Assembly (NCBI RefSeq): GCF_030028105.1
Contig: NC_092379.1
Coordinates: 18,887,309 to 18,951,308, forward strand
From: Mobula birostris
Lineage: Eukaryota
Length of the DNA: 64,000 nucleotides
Direction: 5' to 3'
In this document: positions 50,690 through 64,000 of the stretch, piece after piece
How positions within the stretch are numbered: the stretch's first letter is position 1
Layout: each line of letters starts with the position of its first letter
Notes under the pieces: model-generated
Database searches by the model: none
What the model was told of the DNA's origin: nothing
Seen by the model: the letters and a program-made list of their open reading frames with translations, nothing else
Translations under genes and position numbers: made by a program

Positions 50690-52740
50690 CACCATGGCAC
50701 CAGTCAAAATAGTGAAACTTCTTTTTACCCCCAAGAGGACCACAATCTTGTCAAAGAGTATCGTGGCTTGTGTGCCTCAGTGAACCAGAGATCTATGTTG
50801 GCTTACATCGGGGTCTTGTGCTTTAACTCTAGGTAGGGTCACCCATGCCAAACATGTGAAAGGATAGAGACTGAACAAAGAACGGTTCACCGTTCCTCCA
50901 GGTTTGGAGTTTCAGGTCAGGGTTAGTGAACCTGACTTATTATAAAGAAAATTGTAATTGTTACGAGATGCTCCCAACTGTGCCAGCTTCCAGGATTTAG
51001 ACTCTCCAACTCTCTGGAGCACAGATAGCCGGTAGCAGCCCCTTTAAGGTTCAGGATGATCCCGCTAATTGATAATCATGTTTTGGGCACCAAGAATTGA
51101 GTATGAAAGAACACCTGAACTGATGTTCAGTGCTCAATGGTAAACCCTACTAGTGATATTGTCTAGCATTCGTTTTGTGCTCAGACCTGGATCCAGTTTG
51201 ATACCGTGTCTCGATCTTTGTTTCGGATACTCCAGCATTTGGGTCCAAAGCATCTTCATCAAAGACTCTTGTCGCAATTATGGAAACAGCAATGAAGAAT
51301 CCTTCTACATCTGAGTGTGATAGTGTTCCCTAGTCACCACCCGGGACTTGCATGGCTGACAGGAGTGAAAACAGAGAGGAAACTATGGGTATGGTGAAGG
51401 GAGCCATGAACTTTGCCAAGACCAAGACCAAAAATGTTTTTTGGAATTGTCGAACCATGTACAACACTGTCAAGCTAGCACAAATAACTACGGTAATGTG
51501 TCATTACAGCCAACGTACACTGGCATCAGTGAAAGCAGATGGTCAGGGTCTGGCAGACTAAAGGCAGCAGCTGGTGCAGCAGTTTTATATTCAGGAAGGG
51601 AAGATGGTCAACGTCATGATGGATTAGCTGTCATTTTGAAGAAAGGCATTGAGAAGTGCCCAGTGGAATGAAAACCAATCAACAGTCGGCTGGTGAGAGT
51701 CAGGCTGAGAGTGAAGCAAGTGAACATGACTGTGATCCAGTGTTATGCTCCAAATAACAATAGTGACATTGAAGAATAGGATATCTTCTACAAATGGTGG
51801 AGTTAGAGTTAACACCACGCCGTGACATAATCATCATCATTGGAGATCTAAATGGCAAAGTGGGAAATAACAACTCACACTTCATTAGGGCCATGGATAC
51901 GCAAGGATATAGGATGATCAATAACAATGGTGTTAAGTCTGGTGGAATTCTGTGCCATGAACAATCTGGTCACAGGAGAGACCCTCTTTCCACACCATGA
52001 AATAAACAAACTGACATGGAGCTTACCCAATGGATGTGACAAGATCCAGATTGACCATTTGATGATAAATGGTATGTGGAGACGATCCTTGCAGGGTGTA
52101 AAGGTGAAGAGAGGAGCAGATACAGGAAGTAATCATCACCTTGCTGTAGCAGTGATGAAACTCATGCTGAGAAGCACTGGGACCACAGCACATGTACAAA
52201 GATGTTTTGATGTTGAGAAACTTAAGAACATCAGTGTGAGATCTGCCGTCACCATTCAGCTTAAGGAGGGCTTTCAGACATTGGCGGGGATGTGTCAGTG
52301 GACAAGATCAACACGATGTAGAAACAGATTGCATCAGTGTTCAACAAGAGCAGCGAGGCTTGTCTACATTACAGCGCTGGAAAAAATAACAAAGCATGGA
52401 TACAGCAGGAAACATGGACAGACTTAGAAGAAAGATGGAAAATTAGGAAGAAAATGTTCAATGCAAAGTCAACACGAATTAAGGTGAAACTTTAATTGGC
52501 ATTCACTGAAGCTAGCAAGAAAGTGAAGAGCTTCTAAGAGTGGATAAGAGAGTCTACATAGAAGACCTTGCACTGGCGGCCACAAGAGCGCCAGTCGATG
52601 TGATCAGGAAAATATATACAAGATTTCAAAACTGGTATGTGGAATGTTCCAAGCCAGATCCAGTAGCCCCATGAGAGGCAAGAAGGGTCTGCTTTTGACA
52701 AGAGAATGGAGCACGATGGACAGGGTATTTCAGAAATTTA
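50690..52740 (+). mobile_element. RTE-clade LINE, 5' region and endonuclease, decayed
   Basis: VIQCYAP; IIIGDLNGKVG; LVEFCAMNNL; TWSLPNG..QIDHLMI; RGADTGSNHHL. Confidence 0.8.
50959..51281 (+). repeat. Solo LTR of the Sushi-like family, inserted in the RTE 5' region
   Basis: Starts TGTTACGAG; reverse-complement similarity to 27136-27428 (attgataatcatgttttgggcaccaagaatt). Confidence 0.7.
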
Positions 52741-53389
52741 CTGAGTAGACGCAGAGGACCTCTGGAAGGCCCCCTGTTCAGATTAAGTCAAGCCACATCT
52801 CCGACAGGAAGCTGAGAAGGAAATATCCCAATATCACTGTCCAGTTTCACCCACCTGTCAAGAATGAGAATATGAAATGTGTTTCTAGTAAATCAACAGC
52901 TGCACACAGAGATCCTGTTCAAATTTATCCCGTGCACTGAGTGTCAGAAGGAGGTTGTTCAGCCCTTCCGTCTATTCCCTCCAAAGCTGACCTATGTCCG
53001 ATCTCCATTTACCCTCCTTGGCTCATATTTTAATAATTGAACTCAAACAAAATTCTATTAATTTTGAAATTTCAACTGACACCTCCTCCCACCGCCCCTC
53101 ACCCCAGTCTTGACCAGTTCCCAGGAAGAGATCCAGATTTCCAGTGCCCTGTATATCCTGAAGTAACAGATTCTTTGTGTTATTCTTCTGCACCATTCTT
53201 GAAAGTTTTTAAACTCCCCAATTACACTGGCCTTCAATTTTCCACACTTCGGGGAACAAGAGACCAGACCTAATATTCTATCCTAGTCCCACTAGCACTT
53301 CACTGGCCCTGGTCCACACAACCCCTTCTCCAAGGGGTGATGCCAAGAATCACAGCCAGTGCTTCAGATGTGGTCTAATTAGAACATAG

Positions 53390-54605
53390 AATACAGCACA
53401 TTACAGGCCCTTCAGCCCACAATGTTGTGCCAACCCTTAAACCCTGCCTCCTATATAGCCCCCCACCTTAAATTCCACCACGCACCTGTCTAGTAGTCTC
53501 TTAAACTTCACGAATGTGCCTGCCTCCACCACTGACTCAGGCAGTGCATTCCACGCACCAACCACTCTCTGAGTAAAAAGCCTTCCCCCTTGAACTTCTC
53601 ACCCCTTACCTTAAAGCCATGTCCTCTTGTATTGAGCAGTGGTGCCCTGGGGAAGAGGCGCTGGCTATCCACTCTATCTATTCCTCTTATTATCTTGTAC
53701 ACCTCTATCATGTCTCCTCTCATCCTCCTTCTCTCCAAAGAGTAAAGCCCTAGCTCCCTTAATCTCTGATCATATTGCATACTCTGTAAACCAGGCAGAA
53801 TCCTGGTAAATCTCCTCTGTACCCTTTCCAATGCTCCCACATCCTTCCTATAGTGAGGTGACCAGAACTCCAATTGTGGCCTAACCAGAGTTTTATAGAG
53901 CTGCATCATTACATCGCGACTCTTAAACTCTATCCCTCGACTTATGAAAGCTAACATCCTATAAGCTTTCTTAACAACCCTATCTACCTGTGAGGCGACT
54001 TTCAGGGATCTGTGGACATGTACCCCCAGATCCCTCTGCTCCTCCACACTACCAAGTATCCTGCCATTTACTTTGTACTCTGCCTTGGAGTTCGTCCTTC
54101 CAAAGTATACCACCTCACACTTCCCCGGGTTGAACTCCATCTGCCACTTCTCAGCCCACTTCTGCATCCTATCAATGTCTGTCTGCAATCTTTGACAACC
54201 CTCTACACTATCTACAACACCACCAACCTTTCTGTCATTTGCAAACTTGCCAACCCACCCCTCCACCCCCACATCCAGGTCGTTAATAAAAACCACGAAA
54301 AGTAGAGGTCCCAGAGCAGATCCTTGTCGGACACCACTAGTCACAATCCTCCAATCTGAATGTACTCCCTCCACCACAACCCTCTGCCTTCTGCAGGCAA
54401 GCCAATTCTGAATCCACCTGGCCAAACTTCCCTGGATCCCATGCCTTCTGACTTCCTGTACAAGCCTACCATGTGGAACCTTATCAAATGCCTTCCTAAA
54501 ATCCATATAGATCACATCCCCTGCATTACCCTCATGTATATGCCTGGTCACCTCCCCAAAGAACTCCATCAGGACTGTTGGACATGATCTGCCCTTCACA
54601 AAGCC
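53390..54605 (-). mobile_element. CR1 LINE 3' portion with a 363-aa open RT segment
   Basis: ORF 53508-54599 (YMDFRKAFDKVPH; SGVRQGSALGP; KFANDRK). Confidence 0.9.
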
Positions 54606-55529
54606 ATGAAATCTCTACTCCACAGTAGTGTAATTTCCACCCCTCTGTATCCCTGTTTTCCCCATTAACTGCAGCACATTGAGACCTTTAGCTTAAATTC
54701 ATCCTTAGGATTAATTAGAACCCAAACCTGCCAGTGGTCTCTCATCTTTCACATTCCCTCTCTGTCCGCTGGGATTGGTCATTCCCTTATGGAATCTGAG
54801 TCAGTCAGCTGACACAGCAGAAACAAGACCTGTCCAAACAACAACCTCTGTGACTGTGGGCAGTTTACCTCCTTATGTTTCTCACCACCCCTGAGTATTT
54901 TCATACGTACCTGCCTCGACCTAAAGAGAGTGGGAGAAGAACATGGTGAAGGAAAGGAAACTCAATAGATTTTGTTTCTCTCCCGTGACTCTGGTAATAC
55001 ACAGAGTTAAATGAAACGTACAGCACAGCAGCAGATTCAGACCAATTATTTCATGCCATTGTTTATTTTCTGCAGGAACCTCCAGTCACTCCATCTTTGT
55101 GCATCTGGGTTAACTTCCTCTTCTGTTCCCTTTCACAACATTCACTTCTGTGGGAGAGATCTATATTCTCCCATCCTCTGGATGAATAATCCAAGTTGGA
55201 TGATTAGTGATTATTTACAATAGTTTTAATCCCCCTGAAGACTTTCTCCTCCACCCTATCAGGTATTTTTCTCATCTGTGAGGTGGAAATATGCTTTACC
55301 CTTCAACCTTCTCATGACCCGCCTCTCACATATTACTAATGAGTCCAACAATGTCCCCCTTTTTTCACAGGAAAGAGCCCAAAAGTCAAATCCAGTACAT
55401 TCCAGCATCAAGGAGGCAGTGTCCCTGCTGGGAGAATTCCATGGGACTGGGTAAGAGGAGAGTACAGATTGCTTTTTGTCCAAGTTGAAACATAGGTTTC
55501 ATGCCTGCATTAATCTGGGTGAAACTTCA

Positions 55530-56045
55530 TGAACCCTCAGTTCTGGTTGCTCCATTGTAAAGATGTGGAGGATTTGGAGAGGATGTAAAAGATGTTCACG
55601 AGCATGTTGCCTGGATTAGAGAATATTAGCTGTAAGGAGAGGTTGAACAGTCTTTGACTGTATACTCTGGAGTGTAGGCTGAGAAGCAACCTGATAGAGG
55701 CTGATAAAAGCATGAGACTCATCGATAGGGTCGACAGTCAGAGTCATTTTCCCAGAATAAAATGTCATTTCCAAAAGAGATTTAAGATGAGGGGTATAAC
55801 ATTCAAAGGAGATTTGTGGGTTGTATTTTTACACGCAGTGATAGGTGCCTGGAATGCACTGGCAGGAGTGGTGGTGAATCAGCATGATAGGACAGTGGAG
55901 ATACATTTGAAAAAGCACATGACCATTCAGGATATGGAGGGATATGGATTCTGTGCAGATAGTTCGGTTTAGATTAATTTGGCGTTGTGGTTGTCATAGT
56001 CATCATGGGCTGAAGGGCCTGTTCCTGTGCTCTGCTGTTCTGTGT
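55530..56045 (+). mobile_element. Old CR1 3' fragment
   Basis: VDSQSHFPR...VIGAWNALAG; tail gggctgaagggcctgttcctgtgct. Confidence 0.6.
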
Positions 56046-57954
56046 TGTAGGTTTACTTGAAGGTCAGTAACATTTGTGATTAATAGCTGACAGATGTCTG
56101 AAACTCTGCGATAACATTAACACTCAGTCCTTACACTTCCTCTCAGGTTTCACAGGCAGGTTTAATTTGAGCAGGGGGCCCTCCCAGTGGAGCTGTGTTA
56201 CTAAAAAGAATAAACACACTGCTTTACATATGGAAATACAATTCTAACGTTGTGCTTTGCACCAGCCTACGTTTATCACACAGAATGAGACAAAATGAAT
56301 CGAAGCCGAAGGGCAAAATATGCAGAGACAGCAAGACCCTCTCTTCATTACAGAGCATTTGTCTCGTGTCAGAAACAGGCTCACTGTAATGATGATTGAC
56401 TGTTACTGATTGATTTATTGATTATGTTATGGGAATGAGCAGTTCAAATGTAGGTATACCTGCACTTTATGTTCTGAAGCAGTTGGGAAACTCCCACCAA
56501 CAACTGAAAGTGTGTTTGCTCAGACTGAGCACAGAAGCTCATCCTGATGACTGTAGTTCAGGTGATCAGATGATTGTGAATTGGCAGCAATAAAGTGGAA
56601 AATAAGGAGAAACTAAAAGATGCCACGGACTGCCTTGTCAATGTTCCATCGATGGGCAGAATCCCGGTGTGACATGCTGGAGCTCACGTTTGTTGATGAG
56701 AATGAAGGCTGCCCGGTGAATCAACTTTAGACTGAAACAGCAACACAGACAACAATCTCTGTGGGAGCTGTGGGGGGGGGGGGGCGAGGTTATCAGTGGC
56801 CTGGAAACTCTCAGGCCCTGAAGATCAGGGATAATCAACTTGCGTATTCAGAGAGAATCGATGATCTGTCATTGCAACATTGTCAGATAATGAGGTCTGC
56901 AAGTATAGGTATCTATTAAACCTTTCTTTCTGACATCTGGACAATAAAATGTGTAGTTTTATTCCTATAAGAGCCTTGGGCCAGTAGATTGCTATTTGAT
57001 TTTTGTGATTACCTTGAATAAAATAACATCACCTGAATTGGATTTGTGTCTCTTTAAACTCTGATTGATAGATCTCACAATACCTGCAAATAACTGTCCT
57101 GAGGAGGGTAGTGTGATGGTACTACCTTATTATTTGGGGAATTTTGACCTTTCAGGTGTTGGATTGGACTGTATAATTGTTATTTGGCTTGTAGTTTAAC
57201 TTTCTTATGTTTGTTTGTTTTTAAATAATTACCTACATAGATGTAACAGAGGGTTGCCATTCCATGCATCTCCTGGAAACTCCCAATTTCAGTAGCAGGT
57301 ATCACATTGCTCGAATAGGGACTATCTCACTGATTAATTTAAGCAGTGGGATTTGAATGGAATGTCTGCTACCAGTTTTCAACAGTCATAAGCAATGGGT
57401 TTTAATGCCCCTTCTTGACCTCTGAAGAACTCTTCATCAGGACATCAGGACCCAACACAAGTTTAAGTTTTGATCAACAAATCCATCAGACAGGCTGGGG
57501 AACCCAGCATTTGGGGTGGCATGGTAGTGGTGAAGTATATAAGGGGTTAACATGGTCAGTTAAGCATAGCAGGCTGTTTTCTCTGAAAGAAACCATTGAT
57601 GATCGACAGATGTGCTATTCAATGCTGATAAGTATTTCTTCTTGAAGTTAGCCAGCTGGTGTTTCAGGGTCCTTGTCCTTGTGCAATTATTTGCAGAGAT
57701 AAGACCAGCCTGTTCTGTGTATGAGACCTTATGCCTATTCTGTAATTTGTCTTTCGGGAATGTCATGGAGTAGATAAGTTTGGCTCCAGCCTGTCTTGTG
57801 TGGGGGTATCTGAATGAATATACTCATGTTGTAAGGGGAATTGTGAGTTAGTTGGTGGACTGTTCCTGTTTGGGCGACTAACTGAGTAAGCCCCGGGTGC
57901 TTTGAATAAAGAATTTGTACTTATACGGTCTCTGAGTGACTTTATGCAGATTCC

Positions 57955-58245
57955 ACTTCCACAGTAGTGTAGTGGTTAGCAGAATGCTTTCCAGTGCAGG
58001 TGACCTGGGGTTCAATTCCTGTCACTGCCTGTAAGGAATTTGTAATTTCTCCCCGAGAATGTGTGGGTTTCCACCGGGTACTCCAGTTTCCTCTCACAGT
58101 CCAAAGACAAACCGGTTGGTACTTTAATTAGTCATTGTAAATTGTCCTGTGATTAGACTAGGATTAAATCAGGATTCCTGGGCAGTGTGGCTCGAAGGGC
58201 CAGAAGGGCCTATTCCATGCTTTATGTCAGTAAATAAATGAATTA
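57955..58245 (+). mobile_element. tRNA-derived SINE (V-SINE/HE1-like)
   Basis: gtagtgtagtggttagc...ggggttcaattcctg head; core gtgtgggtttccaccgggtactccagtttcctctcacagtccaaagac; CR1-like tail. Confidence 0.75.
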
Positions 58246-58559
58246 AATAATTTACATGGACTTTACTGACCTCTTGTCAGGAATTCATTCTGAAATGATT
58301 CGTGAGTTTCCTCTCACTCTCCTCCATATGGGAGTCCACTCTACTGTCAATTACTCTATCTGAGGAGCTTCCTTAACGAAGTCCACAGATTCATTCTAAT
58401 GAATTTAAACCTGCAGTACTGTCTTTCTCTTCCTCTTTAATTTAAATCTATCTTATGGATGTCATTTCCATTCCCTTCACTCCTCCATCTCTCTATGTCT
58501 GATGTCTCATTGAGCCAGGAAATTGTGGTGCAAACCATTTCAGCACATCATCCCGTTGG

Positions 58560-61500
58560 ACTGAGGCATTGCTTCCAGATTCCTCCTCTGACCAGACATT
58601 TCCTTACCTGCCATTCCCTCTCCTTCTATGATCTGACATCTGATTTATGCCCTGATGGGTCATCCCACACAGCAGTATCCAAAGAGGTGTACTTGTTGCT
58701 GAGGAGAATGGCTACAGCGGAACCTTGCAATGACTGCTGAATCCCCTTACCTCTTCTGTTGGTCACCCATCTACTGTGTGAAGCCCATACTCTGGGTGTG
58801 ACCACCTCTTCAATAGTCTCATCTATAATGTCTTCAGCCTCCTGGATGATCCTGAGTACATCCAACTCCAGCTCCAGTGGAGTATTACACTGGGGTAAAG
58901 GAAATTACAGAGTCATGAGAGAGGAGTTAGCCAACGTTGAATGGAAGGGGACACTAACAGAGATGATGGCAGAGGAGCAATGACAAGTATTCTGGAGGCA
59001 GGATGACATTCCATGGCTGACAAGGGAAGTCAAAGACAAAGTATAAACAAAAGAAAGGGCCTATAATAGAGCAACAACTAGTGGGGAGTTAGAGGATTGG
59101 GATGCTTTTCAAAACCAACAGAAGGCAACTAAAAAAGCTGTAGGGAGAGAAGAGATGAAATATGAAGGTAAGCTAGCCAATAATATCAAAGGGGATACCA
59201 AAAGGTTTTTCAGATATATGAAGTGTAAAAGTGAGGCGAGAGTAGATATCGGACTGCTGGAAAATAACACTGGAGAGGTAGTAATGGGGGAACAAGGAAA
59301 TGGTGGATGAATTGAATAGATATTTTCCATCAGTCTTCACTGTGGAACACGCTCACAGTTTGCCGGAGGTTTGAGAGTGTCACGGGGCATAAGGGAGAAG
59401 GTGCTTGGGAAGCTGAAAGGTCTGAAGGTAAATCAGCCACCTGGACTAGATGGACTACACCCTAGATTTCTGAAGAGGCAGCTGAAGAGATTGTGGAGAT
59501 ATTAAGAATAATTTTTCGAGAATCACTAGATTCTGACATGGTTCTAGAGGACTGGAAAGCTGAAAATGTCATTCCACTCTTCAACAAGGGAAAGAGGCAG
59601 AAGAAAGCATATTATAGATCAGTTAGGCTGACCTGAGTGACTGGGAAGCTGTTGGAGATGATTGTTGAGAATGAAGTTTCAAGGTCCTTGGAGTCACATG
59701 AGAATTAAACGGGAGGAGCAGATGGCAGCCCAGCGCAGCGCGCGCAGCTGTCTGGTGAAATGATATCGTAATTGTAAGTAGGATGCCGTGCACAATCCTG
59801 ATTTGTTGGAGACAGACGTTGGAAGGCACAGAGGAACATATGGAGAAATTTCTGAAATGCTCGGTTCGCTGCCGCTGCTACTGTGCGGTCGAGGATCTCT
59901 GGAGGGAAGGCCCCAAAATCCCGGCTTTGCCTGCTGCTGGCAACCGTGGCTGGGGTCGAAGCGTTCGGCAGAGGTGGTGCTCGGTACTCGGTGTTGGAGG
60001 GCTGATCGGAGCTCGAAGTTTTCGGATGACTCAGAGTTGGACTGTGGTCAGGCATGGCAGGGAGAGTTTTCTTCCTTTTCCCGTCTGCGTGAGATGTGGG
60101 ACTTTCGAGAGACTTTGAACTTTTTTACTGTGGCATGGCCTGTTCTTCATCAAGTTATGGTCTTGTTGCACTGTTGTAACTATATGTTAAAATTATGTGG
60201 TTTTTGTTAGTTTTTCAGTCTTGGTCTGTCCTGTGTTTCTGTGCTATCACACTGGAGGAATATTGTATCATTTCTTAATGCATGCATTACTAAATGACAA
60301 TAAAAGAAGATTGCGTGTCCTCATGATCTAATCTAATCTAAATGGCCAAGTCAACATGGTTTCCTTCAGGGGAAATCTTGTCTGACAAACCCATTGGAAT
60401 TCTTTGAGGAAATAACAAGCAGGATAGACAAAGGAGAGCTGGTGGATATTATGTGCTTGGATTTTTAAAAAGCCTTTGACAAGATGCCACACATGAGGAT
60501 GCTTAACAAGATAAGAGCCCATGGTATTACAGGAAAGATACCAGCATGGATAGAGCATTGGCTGAATGGCAGGAGGGAAAGAGCAGGAATAAAGGGAACC
60601 TTTTCTGATTGGCTGCCGGTGACTAATGGTGTTCCACAGGGGTCAGTATTGGGACCGCTTCTTTTCACATTTGGATGACAGAATTGATGGCTTTTTGGTC
60701 AAGTTTGCGGACAATATGAAGAAAGGTGAAGGGGCAGGTGTTGTTGAGGAAGCAGGTAGGCTGCAGAAGGACTTAGATTAGTGAATGGACAAACAAATGT
60801 CAGATGGAATATACTGTTGGGAAGTGTATAGTCATGCACCTTGGTAGAAGGAATAAAAGCGTAAACTATTTTTAAACGGGGAGAATACCCAAAAATCCAA
60901 GATGCAAAGGGACTTAGGAGTTCTCGTGCAGAATTCCCTGAAGTTTAAATTGTAGCTCAGTGGTGAGGAAAACAAATGCAATGTTACCATTCATTTCAGA
61001 GGACTAGAATATAAAAACAAGGATGTAATTCTGGGTTTTTATAAGGCATTGGTGTAGTCTCACTCGGAGAGTTGAGAGCAGCTTTGGGCCCCTTATCTAA
61101 GTAAGGATGTGTTGACATTGGGCAGAGTTCAAAGGAGGTTCATGAAAATGACTCTGGGATTGAAAGGCTAATCATATTTGGAGCATTTGATCGCTCTGGG
61201 CCTGTACTTGCTGGAATTTAGAAGAATGAGGGGGATCTCATTGAAACCTATCAAATGTTGAAAGGCCTAGATAAGGATGCATGTGCAGAGAATGTTCCCC
61301 ACGGTGGGGGAGTCTAGGACCAAAGGGCACAACTTCAGAATAGAGGGACGCCCTTTTAAAACAGAGATGAGGAACAATTTGTTTAGCCTAAGGGTGGTGA
61401 ATCTGTAGAATTAGTTTTCACATGCAGTTATGGAGGCCAGGTCACTGAGTGTATTTAAAATGGTGGTTGATAAATTCTTGATAAGTCAGGGTGTAAAAGA

Positions 61501-61870
61501 TTATGGGGAGAAGGTAAGAGAATGGGGTTGAGAGGGAAATGGATCAGCCATGATCAAGTAGCGGAACAGACCCAATCAGCTGAATGGCCAAGTTCTGCTC
61601 CAATATCTTATGGTCTATATGGTCACTGAAAGTGGAGTCACATGTAGACAGGGTGGTGAAGAAGACTGTTGGTATTGTGTGTAAAAATTGGGAGCACATG
61701 GTGGGATTGTACAAGGTGCTGGTGAGATTGCATATGGGGTATTGTGTTCAGTTTTTATTCGTCCTGCTGGTGAAAAGATGTTATTAATCTGGAAAGAGTG
61801 CAGAAAAGATTTACAGGGATGTTGCCATGACTGAGTTAAAGGGAGAAGCTGTCTAAACTAAGACTTTCCT
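58560..61870. mobile_element. CR1 fragments (ORF1 minus ~58560-58880; ORF2 plus ~58880-61870)
   Basis: RWVTNRRGKG..LSNKYTSL; NKIRAHGITGKI..GVPQGSVLGP. Confidence 0.8.
59705..60340 (+). mobile_element. About 640-bp non-autonomous retroposon nested in a CR1
   Basis: CpG-rich head, (ATCTA)n tail; its 3' end recurs at ~770-840; splits the CR1 sequence cacatga^aatggccaagtcaacatgg. Confidence 0.55.
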
Positions 61871-63159
61871 TGGGGTGAATATACAGATTGCAGAACATAT
61901 AATTTATTTACAGTTACTGAGGGGAGTCAAAATAACAGTGAGATGGATGTCTTTCTGCTACTGTACTTGGTTATTAAATCTCTAGCAACCTCCAGCTTAG
62001 ATCTGGTGAAAAGCTCTGGCTTGCAGGAGACCGAGTGGAGATTTTATAGAGATGCAAAAAATGAAGAGGGCAATGGATAGGAAAAGTTCCCACAAAATGC
62101 TGTCAATGTGACGAGCTTGGATGGGCATCTTGGTCAGCATGGACGAGTTGGGCCGAAGGGCCTGTTTCCATGCTCCTTGACTCTCTGACTCTCCAAATGC
62201 AAGTGCAATTTACCGTGGGCAATTAACCTACCAACAATCCTGTAGGATGTGGAAGAAAGACATATTTCAATGTGACATATTCATCTGAAAAGCTCCGGCA
62301 GACTCAGGAACTCCCGATGGTCTGGAATCCTCCTGTGCACTGTTTTACCCACATCCTCCACACTCTCAGTCTGACTGATACACTGACACCCAGTGGCTGT
62401 CGGTTGGTATTACAACAATCAGTTTGTTGTAATATTTGGAGGTGTTCCTCTGACCCCAGTGGTTACAGTTTATCACTGCAAGGTAACAAATGCTTCGTCA
62501 AATTGTCTTCCATCCAGACACAAGAGTCTGTAAATGCTGGGATCTGGAGCTACACACAATCTACTGGAGGAACTCAGCGGGTTGAGCAGCATCGGTGGAC
62601 AGAAGCTGTCAAATCCCTGAATGAGGACAGTCCGTGAGCATCTGGTTTACAACAGACAGAATGAAATTACCGGAGTAAAGAAAACCTGCTGATGTTGAAA
62701 ATCAGAAGGAAAAACTCTTGGAAGCACTGGACAGACAATATAGATTGTACATCAGTGGTAGCGGGAAAGAAACGGAGTGTCGGTGAGTAGACCAGATACA
62801 TCTCCAAATATGCCAACTTATCTATGTCAACGATCGTCAAAACAACTAAAATAGCAAAAGCAGAGTCCAATGAACAAGAGCTCAAATCAAGCTCTATTGA
62901 AGACATCGGATAAATGCAAATTATTGCAAGGTAATGATATATTGACAGAAAAAGCCAACGAGGGAAAGCAGGGATTGTATAAAATGTCCCATCAGTGAGA
63001 AACTACTGAATGAAAACCCTGTCCTTTCCCTGTCTGTCACTTTCAATGTGACAAATTCATCTGAAGAGCTCCTGTAGTCTCAGGACCTTCTGGCACAATG
63101 GAATCCTCCTGTGCACTGTTTCACCCACACCGTCCAGCAGTGTCTCTGTGCCTGACTGG

Positions 63160-64000
63160 ACGCAGTATATCACCCCAGCCGACTCACAGGTGAAGTGTTG
63201 CCTTACCTGGAAGGACTGTCTGGGGCCCTGAATGGTGGTAAGGGAGGAAGTGTAAGGGCACGTGTAGCACTTGTCCCGCTTACAAGGATAAGTGCCGGAG
63301 GGAGATCGGTAGGGAGGGAGGGGGGGGTGGCAAATGGACAAGGGAGTCATGTAGGGAGCGATCCCTGTGGAAAGCAGAGCAAGGGGGGTAGGGAAAGATG
63401 TGCTTAGTGGTGGGATCCCGTTGGAGGTGGCGGAAGTTACGGAGAATAATATGTTGGACCCGGAGGCTGGTGGGGTGGTAGGTGAGGACAAGGGGAACCC
63501 TATTCCTAGTGGGGTGGCGGGAGGATGGAGTGAGAGCAGATGTGCGTGAAATGGGGAAGATGCGTTTGAGAGAAGAGTTGATGGTGGAGGAAGGGAAGCC
63601 CTTTTCTTTAAAAAAGGAGTACATCTCCCTCGTCCTGGAATGAAAAGCCTCATCTTGAGAGCAGATGCGGCGGAGACGGAGGAATTGTGAGAAGAGGATG
63701 GCATTTTTGCAAGAGACAGGGTGAGAAGAGGAATAGTCCAGATAGCTGTGAGAGTCAGTAGGCTTATAGTAGACATCAGTAGATAAGCTGTCTCCAGAGA
63801 TAGAGATAGAAAGATCTAGAAAGGGGAGGGAGGTGTCCAACATGGACCAGGTAAACTTGAGGGCAGGAGGAAAGTTGGAGGCAAAGTTAATGAAGTCAAT
63901 GAGCTCAGCATGCCTGCAGGAAACAGTGCCAATGCAGTCGTCGATGTAGCGAAGAAAAAGTGGGAGACAGATACCAGAATAGGTTTGGAACATAGATTGT
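63160..64000 (-). mobile_element. Penelope-like element, RT and start of the GIY-YIG endonuclease
   Basis: FLRYIDDCIG; YYKPTDSHSYLDYSSSHP..FSQFLRLRRICS; CKRDKCYTCP..FTCESAGVIYC. Confidence 0.88.

Overview
Eukaryotic genomic DNA from a cartilaginous fish (shark/ray), dominated by decayed retroelements (CR1, Rex1-like, Nimb/I, RTE, Penelope, two Gypsy families, tRNA-SINEs) plus one Chapaev3-like DNA transposon. Embedded on the minus strand is one immunoglobulin heavy-chain cluster of IgW type. In transcription order it has: leader exon (49938-49893); VH exon (49783-49488); a 9-nt D-like tail fused to V and followed by a 12-bp-spacer RSS, i.e. an apparently germline-joined V-D; no JH that I could find; a destroyed CH1 (stop codon, SINE insertion with TSD, truncation); no CH2; a candidate short secretory exon (42877-42810); intact CH3- and CH4-like exons; an intact TM1 exon; and a candidate TM2 exon about 19 kb further on (15638-15627). 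VH FR1 carries an apparent compensated +1/-1 frameshift. The cluster cannot make a conventional IgW chain, yet L, VD, CH3, CH4 and TM stay open and splice-phase compatible. It is either a recent pseudogene or a source of J-less/CH1-less or V-less transcripts. All calls were made by eye; TE boundaries are approximate and family names were not database-checked.
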